Source of the DNA: Eledone cirrhosa
Taxonomy: Eukaryota
Length of the DNA: 64,000 nt
Assembly: GCA_964016885.1 (NCBI GenBank)
Contig: OZ024752.1
Coordinates: 4,960,001-5,024,000 of the forward strand
Direction: 5' to 3'
Part shown: piece after piece, positions 39,651 through 53,109 of the stretch
Position numbering within the stretch: position 1 is the first letter of the stretch
Layout of the letters: every line of letters starts with the position of its first letter
Made by a program: the position numbers and the translations under genes
Notes under the pieces: model-generated
What the model saw: only the letters and a program-made list of their open reading frames with translations
Database searches by the model: none
What the model was told of the DNA's origin: nothing

Positions 39651-39920
39651 GGGGCATGTGGCCTAGTGGTAAGGGTGTTGGATTTACGATCACAATATCG
39701 TGGGTTTGATTCCTGGGCTGGAATCTTGTGTTCTTGAACAAAACATTTCATTTCACGTTGCTCCAGTATACTCAGCTTAAAATCAATAGCAGTAATAGCT
39801 GGGGGTTTAAGCCAGGAATGGTCTGGTGTCCTGTCCAAGGGGAAGTCTTGTACTCGCAGTCACTTGATGTCATGAAACTGGAATAAGCACTGGCTTAATA
39901 AACCCTCTCACTTGAACCAG
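39651..39920 (+). mobile_element. Third tRNA-derived SINE family (second copy ~46782-47060)
   Basis: ggcatgtggcctagtggtaagggtgttgga...ggttcgattcc head, with a homologous body in both copies. Confidence 0.7.
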
Positions 39921-40029
39921 ACTTTAAACTAGACTTAGATTCAGTAGATATTTAAGTTTGTTTACTTCTATACTATTGTATGGCATTCTTGAGAATGTAT
40001 TTGGATGGTAGTGTTTGTTTCTATTTTAC

Positions 40030-41380
40030 TCATCACCATCACCATCATCATCATCATCATCTTCATCATCTTCATCTTCACCATCATCACCATCATCATC
40101 ACCACCATCACCATCATCATCATCACCATCTTCACCATCATCATCATCACCATCTTCATCATCACCATCTTCATCATCATCACCATCACCATCTTCATCA
40201 TCATCATCTTCACCATAATTATCACCATCTTCATCATCATCATCACTGTTGTTATTGTGTGTGTTTTCAGTTTAAGTCATCTGGACTATCACTGTGTATG
40301 TATGTGTCAGTGAGTGTGTGTGTGTGTGTCAGTGTGTGTCAGTGTGTGTCAGTGTGTGTGTCAGTGTGTGTCAGTGTGTGTGTGTGTGTGTCAGTGAGTG
40401 TGTGTGTGTGTCAGTGTGTGTGTGTGTCAGTGAGTGTCTGTGTGTGTCAGTGAGTGAGTGTGTGTGTGTGTCAGTCAGTGTGTGTGTGTGTGTGTCAGTG
40501 AGTGTGTGTGTGTGTCAGTGTGTGTGTGTGTATGTGTCAGTGAGTGTGTGTGTCAGTGAGTGTGTGTGTGTATCAGTGTGTGTGTGTGTGTCAGTGTGTG
40601 TGTGTGTCAGTGTATGTGTGTGTGTGTGTGTGTCAGTGTGTGTGTGTCAGTGAGTGTGTGTGTGTCAGTGAGTGTGTGTCTGTGTGTGTGTCAGTGTGTG
40701 TGTGTCAGTGAGTGTGTGTGTGTCAGTGTGTGTGTGTGTGTGTCAGTGAGTGTGTGTCTGTGTGTGTGTCAGTGTGTGTGTGTCAGTGAGTGTGTGTGTG
40801 TCAGTGTGTGTGTGTGTGTGTCAGTGAGTGTGTGTCTGTGTGTGTGTCAGTGTGTGTGTGTCAGTGAGTGTGTGTGTGTCAGTGTGTGTGTGTGTGTGTC
40901 AGTGAGTGTGTGTCTGTGTGTGTGTCAGTGTGTGTGTGTCAGTGAGTGTGTGTGTGTCAGTGTGTGTGTTTATAGTTTGTCATCTAGGCCATGGCCATGC
41001 TACAACACTGTGTGTGTGAATGTATGCGTGTGCGTTTGTGTTTTACGTGTGTCAGTCAGTGCATGAGTGTGTGCATTTGTATATGTGTGTGTGTGTGTGT
41101 GTGTCAGTGTATGTATATGTGAGTGTATGTGTGTATCAGTGTATGTGTATTTATGTATATGTATCAGTGTATGTGTGTGTGTTTATGTATATATATGTGT
41201 GTATGTGTGTGTGTTTATCTATATATATGTGTATGTGTCAGTGTATGTGTGTGTGTTTATGTATATATATATGTGTGTATGTATCAGTGTATGTGTGTGT
41301 GTTTATGTATATATATGTGTGTATGTGTCAGTGTATGCGTGTGTTTATGTATATGTATGTATGTGTGTATGTGTCAGTAA
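40030..41380. repeat. (CAT/CAC)n followed by (TG)n-TCAG and (TG/TA) compound repeats
   Basis: Direct observation. Confidence 0.9.
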
Positions 41381-41405
41381 CTGCTTTTGTTTCATTATTT
41401 TCTGG

Positions 41406-41590
41406 TGGATTGGCAGTATCGGTAGAGGGTTGGACGCCATGCTTTCTAGCACAGTTACGTCCCTTTAAAGTCTGAGTTCAAATCCCGCCGAGGTTGACTT
41501 TGCCTTTCATCCTTACGGGGGTCGATAAAATAAAGTACCAGTAATGCACTGGGTAATTGCTGGCCTTGTGCCTAAAGTAGAAACAATTAT
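41406..41590 (+). mobile_element. Second tRNA-derived SINE family with Deu/Nin-like core (copies ~18961-19119-, 35870-36052+, 36090-36208-, 38876-39057-, 49103-49250-, 53704-53883+ and fragments)
   Basis: GAGTTCAAATCC B box followed by gccgaggttgactttgcctttcatccttacggggtcgataaaataaagtaccag. Confidence 0.8.
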
Positions 41591-41961
41591 TTTCTCTGTT
41601 TATGATCTGTGAAATTTAAGATGGTGAAAAATACATTGAATGGTTCTTTAGTTTTATTTTAACATTCATAAAAAGAAATTATCTTCATCTTCTCCGTCTA
41701 CACCTTTCTCTGTCATCATCATCATTGATATCATCATTGTCATCATTATCAATCATCATTATCATCATCATCATCATCATGAATCATCCTAATGATCATC
41801 ACCATCAATATATTATCAATCATCTATATCATCATCATCAACCTCACCATATTCATCATTACCCTCGTCATCATCATCACCATCACCATCACCACCATCA
41901 TCACCTTCATCATCACCTTCATCATCATCATCATCATCACCCTCGTCATCAACTCCATTCT

Positions 41962-41996
<35 letters not shown>

Positions 41997-42059
41997 ATAC
42001 AACTTTGGTGGTAATCTTTATACACAGTTAGAAACAGTTGTCAGCTGTTTCCTTTCTAT

Positions 42060-42420
42060 TGGTGGCGGCGGCGGCGGTGGTGGTGGTGGTGGCGGCGGCG
42101 GCGGCGGCGGCGGTGGTGGTGGTGGGGGTGGGGGTAGGAGAGGGTGGTGGTGGTGGTGGTGGTGGTGGTGGTAGGAGAGGGTGGTGGTGGTGGTAGGAGA
42201 GGGTGGTAGGAGAGGGTGGTGGTGGTGGTAGGAGAGGGTGGTAGGAGAGTGTGGTGGTGGGGGTGGGGGTAGGAGAGGGTGGTGGTGGTGGTGGTGGTGG
42301 TGGGGGTAGGAGAGGGTGGTGGTGGTGGTGGTGGTGGTAGGAGAGTGTGGTGGTGGGGGTGGGGGTAGGAGAGGGTGGTGGTGGTGGTGGTAGGAGAGGG
42401 TGGTGGTGGTGGTGGTAGGA
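42060..42420 (+). repeat. G-rich (GGT/GGC)n-GGAGAGG repeat, G-quadruplex prone
   Basis: Multiple GG to GGGGG runs on the sense strand. Confidence 0.8.
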
Positions 42421-42959
42421 TTGTGTGGTAAATAGAAACCCTTGAGAACCATGACATTTATAAGAACTTTGGGGAAAAAAATGTTCCCCTTTGCAGCAAA
42501 GAAATGTGTTTTATGTACAATGAATTGTCCAATCTTTATTTGCATATGCTCAACACACACACACACATACACACATACACACACACACATACACACATAC
42601 ACACACATATATATATATACATTAATATAGTGGTTAGAGCATTAGCTCTGCAATCGAAAGGTTGTGAGTTCAATTCTCAGACCGGGTGATGTGTTGTTTC
42701 CTTGAGCAAGACACTTTATTTCACATTGCTCCAGTTTACTCAGCTGTAGAAATGAGATGATAGGACTGGGGTCCCTATCATTCCACTGCAAAGTGGTCGT
42801 GGAGGTGCCACGGCAAAAAAGCACCCAGCACTCACTGTAAATGAGGTTGGTGTTAGGAAGGGCATCCAGCTGTAGAAATCAAGCCAGAATCAGTTCCCGT
42901 CCCACCCTGGCAAGCAGGGAAAAAGCGGACGTAAAATGAAATGATGATGATGATATAAT

Positions 42960-43240
42960 ATTCTGAGGGGGCCAAACTTCTCAAATATCGCTCGCTCTCC
43001 GACAGGTTTGCGGTCGTACCCCTGGAAGTGGAGACTTCTGGTGTCCTCGGCCCCAGGGCTACCTCCTTACTCACCACTATAGGCGCTGAGCTGGCCAGCC
43101 GCAGGTGTGAGCCCCGCGAGTTGGAATGGCTTTTCTAGCGCGTCTCCCTTGCCGTCGTCCGGGGAAACGCCTTCTCCATTCTGTCCGCCGGGGCTGTGGG
43201 TGGGCCCCATCGCGTACCAATACATTAGTTAAATACCATT
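42960..43240 (+). mobile_element. CRE-like RLE non-LTR retrotransposon 3' end
   Basis: SEGAKLLKYRSLSDRFAVVPLEVETSGVLGPRATSLLTTIGAELASRRCEPRELEWLF*RVSLAVVRGNAFSILS fits the RLE C-terminal K..KY / P..VET.G / RGNA pattern. Confidence 0.65.
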
Positions 43241-43299
43241 CTTTCATCTGATATAACACCAATATATATTTTTACTTAATATATATGGATGTATGTCAT

Positions 43300-43688
43300 T
43301 ATATATATAGATGATGATGATATATATGTATACCTATGATTATGTATACATATATATGGGTGTGTGTATATTCATATATATATACATATATATGTGTGTG
43401 TGTGTGTATATATATGTGTGTGTGTGTATATATGTATGTATATATGTATGTATATATATATATGTATGTATGTATATATATATGTATGTAAATATATATA
43501 TCTATGTATATATGTAAGTATATATAAATGTATATATGTATGTATATATGTATGTGTATATATGTATGTATATATGTGTGTATATATATATATATGTATG
43601 TATATATATATATATACACATACATATATACATACATATATACATATATATATACTTACATATATGTATATATGTATATATATATATA

Positions 43689-43752
<64 letters not shown>

Positions 43753-43790
43753 TATATGTGTATATATATATATATATATATGTGTATATA

Positions 43791-43863
<73 letters not shown>

Positions 43864-43927
43864 GTATATATATACATATACATATACATATATATATATA
43901 TATATATATACATACACATACACATAT

Positions 43928-43994
<67 letters not shown>

Positions 43995-44045
43995 AATATA
44001 TATATATATATATACATACATATATATATATATATATACATACAA
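43300..44045. repeat. Long (TA)/(TG)/(CA) compound microsatellite (similar tracts at 18060-18370, 31692-32162, 44465-44890)
   Basis: Direct observation. Confidence 0.95.
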
Positions 44046-44461
44046 TTTAATTCATCTATTTTGTGCTGTAGTTAAGTTTTCATGATATTATCTTAAATTT
44101 TATAAGACTTTTCTATCATGAATTAAACAACTGATCCTTCTCAGCTTCAAAACAACTCCAAATCATCTTGTCTTGATAAATAGTTGTAGTTTTGCCATTT
44201 TCTTCTCTTCTCTTCTCTATATATTTTTGTCTTTATCACATTTTATTTTATTTTCATTTCATAGATTTCTTCATAAAGATTTTGACAATTCTTCCTTAAC
44301 GTTTATTTAACATCACGATATCAATATAACTCAGACGTGAAGTAGCATCGTATATTTTGTTGTTATTTTGGTGAATAAAGAAGAATGACGACAACATGAT
44401 TAAGTCTTTGAAAGTTTCAACTTCTTTCGTTGTTTATCTATTGGTTTATCTTATATATCTT

Positions 44462-44512
<51 letters not shown>

Positions 44513-44756
44513 CCGTGTATTTATATTTGTGTATCTATCTATATATGTATGGGTGTGTGTGTGTGTATGTTTATATTTGTGCATGTGTGCGTATATATAT
44601 GCGTATGTATATGCTTGTCTGTATATGTGTATGTATATGTGTTTATGTATATATATGCGTGCATATATATTTATATATGCACGCATATATATACATACAG
44701 ACATATACATACATACCTGTGCTTTCAATAAATACAATACATATATATATATATAT

Positions 44757-44808
<52 letters not shown>

Positions 44809-45077
44809 ATATATGTATGTGTGTCTATATATATATATATGTGTGCATATATAATTATACATACATATATATATATGTATATATATGTATTGCATGTACT
44901 GAAAGCACAGGTATGGGTTTGTAGCTAAGGAGTTTGCTCCACATCCACATTGTTTTCGGTTCACTCACAAAGTGTATCACTATATCTTTTACTATAGTCT
45001 ACTAACAACTAATGTTTAGAGAGAAAATTCAATAGATGGAAACTGGAAGGAATCAGGATTTGTATTTGTGTGTGTGT

Positions 45078-45169
<92 letters not shown>

Positions 45170-45176
45170 ATATATT

Positions 45177-45222
<46 letters not shown>

Positions 45223-47508
45223 AATTATATATAGGAGGCACATGGCTTATTGGTTAGAGCATTGGCCTTGCAATCGAAAGGTTGTGAGTTCAATTCTCAG
45301 ACCAGGAGAGTGTTGTTTCCTTGAGCAAGACACTTTATTTCACATTGCTCCAGTTTACTCAGCTGTAGAAATGAGATAATAGGGACTGGGGTCCCTATTA
45401 TTCCGCTGCAAAGTGGTCATGGAGGTGCCACGGGGAAAAAAAGGTACCCAGCACTCACTGTAAATGACGTTGGCATTAGGAAGGGCATCCAGCTGTAGAA
45501 ATCAAGCTAGAATCAATTCCCATCCCACCCTGGCAAGCAGGGAAAAAGTGGATGTAACATGATGATGATGATGATGATATTATACACATATTTATATATA
45601 TATATATATATTATATATATATAAATAGCTTAAGGCAGACTCTATGCTTTTTAGAACAATCTAACAGAAATGTTTGAATTAAAATCATTTTCAGATTTTT
45701 ACCCTTGAATGTTTTGAGTTCAAATCCCACCAAGCTCTGAAGTTTACTTGAACCTTCATTCCTTTGGGATATCAACATTTAGCTTTTTGCCTCTTTAACA
45801 TGCATAACACAAATACACATGACATATGGGAGTTGAATCAACTATACCTCAAACTTATCATTTTCTCACTATGAGCTGGTTCAATAGTAATGCTAAAGGG
45901 TTCAGGACTCTTCCCCTACAACCCTCTCAGGAATAAGTGGGCGAAGAAGAAGAAAAAGAAGAAATCCTAGAACATACAACAAAGACTAAAAGTTTTAACT
46001 AGAATTGAACACATGATCCGTGGATTCAGTGGATTCACAGACCTAGACGACCATAACCACATAGACACTACTACTATTGTTAGTATTACTACTGAAAGTA
46101 AGTTTAGAAATGCTTGCCTTTAATAGATCTCAAATGATTCAGTGTTTAGTAATGGGTGATATGATTTGTTGGGTTAATCTGCTTTCTTTGACAGTAATCT
46201 TTATAAATTGCTCCCAAATCATTGAACCAACAATTGTTTGCAACATAGCCATTACCAGTTGCAGTCTTAATGTATTCTTGTCTTTATTTTCTTATTCTTC
46301 TGTCCAAAGAAAACCATCATGCCACCTTTCCCATTACTTATGTAGTTAGTGGTTTGATAAAGGGTAGTTGGCTTGTGTTGTTGTTGTTGATGATGTTTTG
46401 TTGTTTTTTTTTCTTTTGCTTTTTTTCTTCTTTTAGTTTTGCTTATATTCTTTTATTTATTTTTTTTTTTTTTAAATAATCTTATAACAATCAGAATAAG
46501 TTATGGTGAAACTATATATATATACACTTTTTCTTCCGACATTACTAAACATTACTTTACAATAATCAAACACACAATGACTTTAAGAATTTTTTTGGTT
46601 TGTTTTTAGAATCTATTTTAAGTATCCAGTTTTTCCATTCTAACATTATTGGGAGAGTTTTAAAGAATTTGGATATATGCCCTCGGCATGGCTTCATGTA
46701 GCAAGGTGTTTGATTTTGATTAATCAATCAATTGATTCATTGATTAACTAATTTTGCTGACCACACCCAAGCACGAGTACAGGCATGTGGCCTAGTGGTA
46801 AGGGTGTTGGACTTACGATCATAATGTTGTGGGTTCGATTCCTGGGCTGCGTTGCATGTTCTGTTCTTGAGGAAAAAACAATTCATTTCATGTTGTTCCA
46901 GTATACTCAACTGAAAATGATTACCAGCAATAGCTGGGAAGTTTAAGCCTGTGATGGACTGGTGTCCTGTCCTGTCCAGGGGGGAATCTTGTGCTCTCAG
47001 TCCCTTCACACCTTGAAACTGGGATAAGCACCAGCCTAACGTACCTTCTGGCTTAAGACAGACTTTAGACACCCAAGCATGAAGTAGAGAGGCCAACAGC
47101 ATCCTGGACACATGTCTTCTACCATAGACTGCAGTTGATCCAAGCCTCCTCCTCCTTCTTCTTCCTGGATAGAAGTGATAGGTATAGATCCCAAAACACT
47201 GACACTCAAAGTGGAGATAATGAAGTAGCATGGGAAGTGAAGGGAAACTGTGCTGGAAAGGACATACCGAAGCCATGCAAACAGAAAAATGGACGTAGAA
47301 GGATGATGATGACTGTGTGTATGTGTGTATATATGTGTGTATGTGTGTGTGTGTATATATGTGTATGAGCTGGACATGGAAAAATGGACATAGAAAGATG
47401 ATGTCAATATATGTGTGGGTTTATATATGTATGTATATATATATATATATAAACCCATGCTAGCATGGAAGATAGACGTTAAACGTTGATGATGATGATA
47501 TATATAAT

Positions 47509-47822
47509 TGGTGTTGGATGATTAAAGCGTCCGTATGCGGTAGACCATTTGAGCACTCGATGCTCTCATAGAGCAGAGTAAGATATCACAGAGAAAGAGA
47601 GAATCAGTGTTGCGACGAATCTAATTTATTGGACATATTACAATCGTTTCTCTGGCAACCAGCTCTAGGCACAATCAATGTGATGATCGAACCTGACTCT
47701 GAAAATCGCAAGGTCCTCAGATACGTCTTTGATTCTACGAAGCAGATTTTCCTAGGAAACGATTGTAATATGTCCAATAAATTTGATTCGTCGCAACACC
47801 GATTCTCTTTTTTTCTGTAATA
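47509..47822 (-). mobile_element. (TA)n-embedded fold-back element with hammerhead-like core (family D)
   Basis: Arms ~47585-47650 / 47755-47822. The minus strand reads CTGAGGA...GAAAC...AATAAA...ACTC...GAGTGCT. Confidence 0.6.
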
Positions 47823-48158
47823 TATATATGTATATATATATATGTGTATGTGTGTGTGTAAATATTCTATGTGTGTCTATAAATGCGTGTGTGTGTGTGT
47901 CTCATTGATTTTAAATCTGATCTGGCTGAGACTCAGCTATTTCTGATTCTCTGATGAGAGCAAAGATCATTTATGAGTGTCATAAAAGTTACAACATCAG
48001 ATTGATTTAGTGTACATAGTCTTAGTGAATCAATGACTGGTTTATGTATCAAGTTTAGTGTCATTTTAAGGAGTGTAACATATATCTGAGCTCATATAAA
48101 ATAGCACAAATTGATCTTAGATTTCAAATATAGTCACGGGATTTTTAATATTATTTCA

Positions 48159-48783
48159 CCTATATATATAAATCTGAGGATGTGTGTGTGTGTGTGAATC
48201 CCTAAAACTCGAGAAGTACCCAACCGAATTTTTTCAAACTTTACATGTGTATTACTTATGTTTCAGGGAGTGTTATGCACACAATTTAACTTTTTCATCC
48301 CCTAGGGCCCGCATTAGGTGAAAAACTGCGTTTTTTCAGCTTTTTAGGGGTTTTTTTAGGCGCTACGTCAGACCGATTTCCTTGAAATTGTAACTATGTA
48401 TTAGTCAGTCTCTTCTTCATACCGTGAGCAAAGAAAGTCCAACTTTTTTATGGCCTAGGGCCCGCATTAGGTGAAAAACTTCATTTTTTCAGCTTTTTAG
48501 GGCTTTTTTGAGGTGTTACGTCTAGCCGATTTTCCCGAAATTTCAAGGCATATTATGCACATAAAAAAAATTCATTTTGTTGATCCCCTAGTGCCCGCAT
48601 TAGGTGAAAACCTGCATTTTTCCTGCTTTATCGAGGAAAATCTTAAAGATTATCCAGCCATCAGAGTATTCGGTTTATTTTCTTTACATATTGTCCAGAC
48701 ATGCAGTTTTTCCACGATTAGGTCTGTTGGCGGCCCGCGTTCCACATTACCTTATCCCGTGCAACGCCGGGTACCACTGCCAG
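48159..48783 (+). mobile_element. Non-autonomous Helitron-like element, copy 2
   Basis: CTATATATATAAA start, (GT)n, three CCTAGGGCCCGCATTAGGTGAAAA-type subrepeats, subterminal hairpin CCCGTGCAACGCCGGG followed by CCAG|T (CTAG-like end). Confidence 0.7.
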
Positions 48784-48894
48784 TATTATATAAATCTTAC
48801 TATATATGTGGGTGTATATGTATAGATATATATGGATGTGTGTATGTATATATAGATGAGTGTGTGTGCATTCATATACGTGTGTGTATGTATG

Positions 48895-48924
<30 letters not shown>

Positions 48925-48925
<1 letters not shown>

Positions 48926-49070
48926 AAGTAAAAGGTAAACAGAAATAACAAAACAAATGGCACAGTATATAGAAGGAATATATTAATTTAATGCTTGAAA
49001 TAGCTGGAAAAGGGTTTTAACGTTTCAGACACTAGTCCTTCATCAGGAGAAAAAGTGAGAAATTAAAGAA
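48925..49070 (-). mobile_element. Penelope-like short repeat with minimal hammerhead ribozyme motif
   Basis: Minus strand CTGATGA-AGGAC-TAGT-GTCT-GAAACGTT. Related degenerate copies at ~50330-50480 (+) and ~24335-24400 (-). Confidence 0.6.
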
Positions 49071-49300
49071 CAATATGTGTATGTATATATAATGATAATA
49101 ATAATTATTTCTACTCTTGGCCCAAGGCCAGCAATTACCCAGTGCATTACTGGTACTTTATTTTATCGACCCCGTAAGGATGAAAGGCAAAGTTAACCTC
49201 GGCGGGATTTGAACTCAAAATGGCAAGGGCCGTAACTCTATGCGTCAAGGATAAAATATTGTAGTTTGCTTGAAGTATTCTATTTTATATATAATATGGG

Positions 49301-49652
49301 AAGTGATATATGTAAGAAGGGTAAAACAATGCAAAATGGGACAGTACAACGAAGGCAATGAAAAATTTAGTAACCTGATAATCTTTGATTTGTTTTTTGT
49401 TGTTTCTTTCATCCTAATATTCCACTTTGAAATTAGATTTCAAAGTGGAATAGACTGGAAGGTTTTTTTTTTTGTTTTTGTTTTTTCTCTGAGAGTTCCT
49501 TATACTCCTCTGACAAAGGAAATTTTAAGTCCCAAAATATTGGGATAAAAGAAACAACAATGAAAAGAAAGATTACCAAGTGACTAACTTTTTTATCACC
49601 TTCAACGTACCGTCCATTTTGCATTGTCTTAGCCTTCTTATATATATCACTT
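49301..49652 (+). mobile_element. Degenerate fold-back element (family E)
   Basis: Diverged inverted arms ~49301-49420 / 49540-49652, with CTGACAAAGG...GAAAC at the right-arm boundary. Confidence 0.45.
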
Positions 49653-49654
49653 TT

Positions 49655-50175
49655 TAGGGAGCTGCTTCCTCTGTTGACAAAGAAGGGTTTCTCCCTGCGT
49701 ACGAAAAGATGGTTATATGATGCCTGTGTGAGATGCGCGATGCTGCATGGTAGTGAGACATGAGCAGCAACTGCAGAGGATGTGCAAAAGGCTGGAGAGA
49801 AATGAAGCAAATATGTTCCGTTGGATGTGCAATGTCAATGTGCATGAACGACCAAGCATAGATGAGTTGAGAAAGAAACTGGGTATAAGAGGGGTAAGTT
49901 GTGGTGTGCAGGAGAGAAGGCTGAGATGGTATGGACATGTGATGCGCATGGAAGATGACCGATGAGTGAGGAAGTGCCAGGAAGTCCCATTGGAGGGAAG
50001 ACGCAGTAGAGGAAGACCACGAAAAACATGGGCGGAGGTGGTGAGAGCTGACCTCAGATCGCTGAAACTCACCGAGGAGATGACGAAGGACCGTGACAAG
50101 TGGGAGATGCTGTGATGAATAGGACCCATCCAACCCTTGCAAGCAGGGAAAAGCGGACATAAAATGATGATGATA
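49655..50175 (+). mobile_element. RTE/BovB-like LINE 3' end with (GAT)n tail
   Basis: LERNEANMFRWMC...QERRLRWYGHVMRME...RGRPRKTW. The 3' terminus caacccttgcaagcagggaaaagcggac is shared with the SINE tails. Confidence 0.8.
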
Positions 50176-50504
50176 TATAGTGGAGGAAGCTCGTCGCCCA
50201 ATGTTCCACAAGGGACTGGAGGAACTAAGACTAAGACTAAGATGATAGATAGATATATAGATATATATATAAACCTGTTTTTTCTGAAAGAAATTATTTT
50301 CATCTCTGCCACTGCCTACTTTCCTCTATTTTTCTGTTCTTTAATTTCTCATTCTATTTTCTAATAAAGGACTAGCATCTGAAACTTTAAGACTCTTTTC
50401 CTACTACATCAAGCGTAAAACTAATATATTTCTTCATTGTACTCTGTCATTTACATTGTTATTTCTGTTTGCCTTTTGCATACATATATACAGTCACTTA
50501 TACA

Positions 50505-50555
<51 letters not shown>

Positions 50556-52689
50556 GTGTATATATATATATATACGCATATATATTGGTGCCACAACATC
50601 CAGCCCGAAACAAATGAGGTTGTGTAGGTGTCACGACAAAAAACACACAGTCCACGCTGTAATGTGGCCGTGTAGGTAACACGGTAAAAACCTCCCAGTC
50701 CACACTGTAAATGTGGTTGGGGTTAGGAAGGGCATCCAGCCGTAGAAAACCCGCCAGACAGTGCTATGCGAGCAAGACAACCACTCTTGCCTCAAGTGGG
50801 AAAACACCCGTCCAAACCCATGCAAGCGTGGAATATGGACGTTAAACGATGATGATGATGATGATGATGATGATATACGCATATATATATATATATAAGG
50901 CACATGGCTTAGTGGTTAGAGCATTGGCCTTGCAATCGAGAGGTTGTGAGTTCAATTCTCAGACCGGGTGATGTGTTGTGTCCTTGAGCAAGACACTTTA
51001 TTTCACATTGCTCCAGTTTACTCAGCTGTAGAAATGAGATGATAGGGACTGGGGTCCATATCATTCCATTGTAAAGTGGACGTGGAGGTGCCACGGCAAA
51101 AAAGCACCCACCACTCACTGTAAATGAGGTTGGTGTTAGGAAGGGCATCCAGCTGTAGAAATCAAGCCAGAATCAGTTCCCGTCCCACCCTTACAAGCAG
51201 GGAAAAGCAGACATAAAATGATGATGATGATGATGATACGTACACATATCTACATACACACATACATATAGATATTGAGGTAGAAAATCTTTGTGTTTGA
51301 ATCCCTTATGAGTAAACAATGTAATTATATAATAGTCTGTGTAGTGACATCTTTCCAAGTGTTTGTAATCAGTAGCATATATCTACAAAACTAACTTGTA
51401 AGCTATGTAATTATAGATACAATTTCTCTTTCTTATCACCTAGCTCTGTGATTGGTAATAGCGAAACTCTGCCCTTTATGCTAAAAACACTACTTACAAG
51501 ATCAAAAAACACAATAAATCTTGTAGTAACTAGATTACCTATTCAATTAACATCTCAGCTTTGTAATTATATTTACCAAATATCTCTCTCTCCAACAGTA
51601 ATACAATTTGTAACCAAAATTCTTTTAAATTATCTGATTTTCTGGTCTCTATATAGTGTGTAATTCATTGGTAATTATTCTTTATAGATTCTCCCCCCTC
51701 CCCACCAATTTAATTAGTTGTTTTTGTTGTTGTTATTCAATGACAGATCAGTTGTTATCAAACACACCTATCACCAAATGCATGCTAGCCATGACCTACC
51801 TGACCTATCCTGGTCTACATCATCTAATATATTCTTCCTTTTTAAAGACAATGAGGTGTAATTTGATTGTAATTATTGGCAGCGATTTCTAACAGTTGAG
51901 CAACCACTTAGATGTGTTATACTGTTGGCTCATATATTTCTTTGTTGCATTTGTAAAGCTGCTGGCCTTGTGCCAAAAGTAGAAACAATTATAATTATGT
52001 GGATACTAATCCTGAGAACATCTTCAGTTGCAATTCAGAGCTTGTATCTTTCTCTAGACAAATGACTTCATATTTATTTAAGAACTATAAAATCCCACAC
52101 TTAGCCTATTTCATTTGCATCCAATTTTTTTTTAATGCAAAATCGAACTCTGAAAGTAACCTCCTTTGACTCAGGATCTACATACCCTACCACTGCACAA
52201 CATATCTTCTCTCTTCTTCTTCCTTAGAGGGCTGTGGAGGTAGTCCTCACTCTTTCCAGCAAGTCCTGCCAGAAACAACTGTCTCACTCCTATAAATTCA
52301 ACACTATCTTCTGCACTTGACATCCACTACACTTCCCCACTTCATCATATCCACATCATGTAGCAGCCAATATCTTACTTCTGTATAAGAAGGCAAATAC
52401 GATATTTGTGTGTAATAAACATATATGTCTCACTATGAGGGTTTTAATCTCTGATTATATCATTGTTAATTAAACATTTCATATATTACCATTCTTTCTT
52501 AATTAGATTAATTACAGCCAATCGAAAATCCTATAACTTTACATCTATTTTATTATTATGAAGAGTTGTCTGCAATGCCAAGAGGTGAAACATTAAATCG
52601 TGATAGTAGTGACCCAGTTTGGATTAAATTTTGTACCATTATCGGCTTCGTATTTTGTACTTTACCTACTTCTCTTCTTGTTATATGAC

Positions 52690-52860
52690 ATATACTCAAT
52701 GGTTAAAGAGACAGTTCGAGATTGGTGAGCCAGACTAAGGCATCATTTGCAGTAATATGGATTGCCTCTAGGGCACCAGGAAAATGTCTGAGGGAGCAAT
52801 CCTGAACAACATGTAGCACTGTATGGTCAGGGTCTTCACAGTCACATTCTTCATTGATGG
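52690..52860 (-). mobile_element. LINE ORF2 C-terminal CCHC knuckle fragment
   Basis: CDCEDPDHTVLHVVQDC...WLTNLELSL. Confidence 0.55.
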
Positions 52861-53109
52861 AGATGATGAACCATCCCAGCACGTGCCATGTGGATCTGAC
52901 CAAAGGACACTCACTGCTAGAAGTGGTAGTCAATTTAACTAGTTTTCTTTATATTACATTAAGTTTATTACTTACTGAATATATGATCAACTTATATTTA
53001 CATATGTTCTAGTGCCGGTGTCTATGGATAATGTACCCTTACATCTCTATCCATGTAATTCTTATTGATTCAAAAATAGATATTTGGGTTTGTTGTACTT
53101 CGAGTTTAA

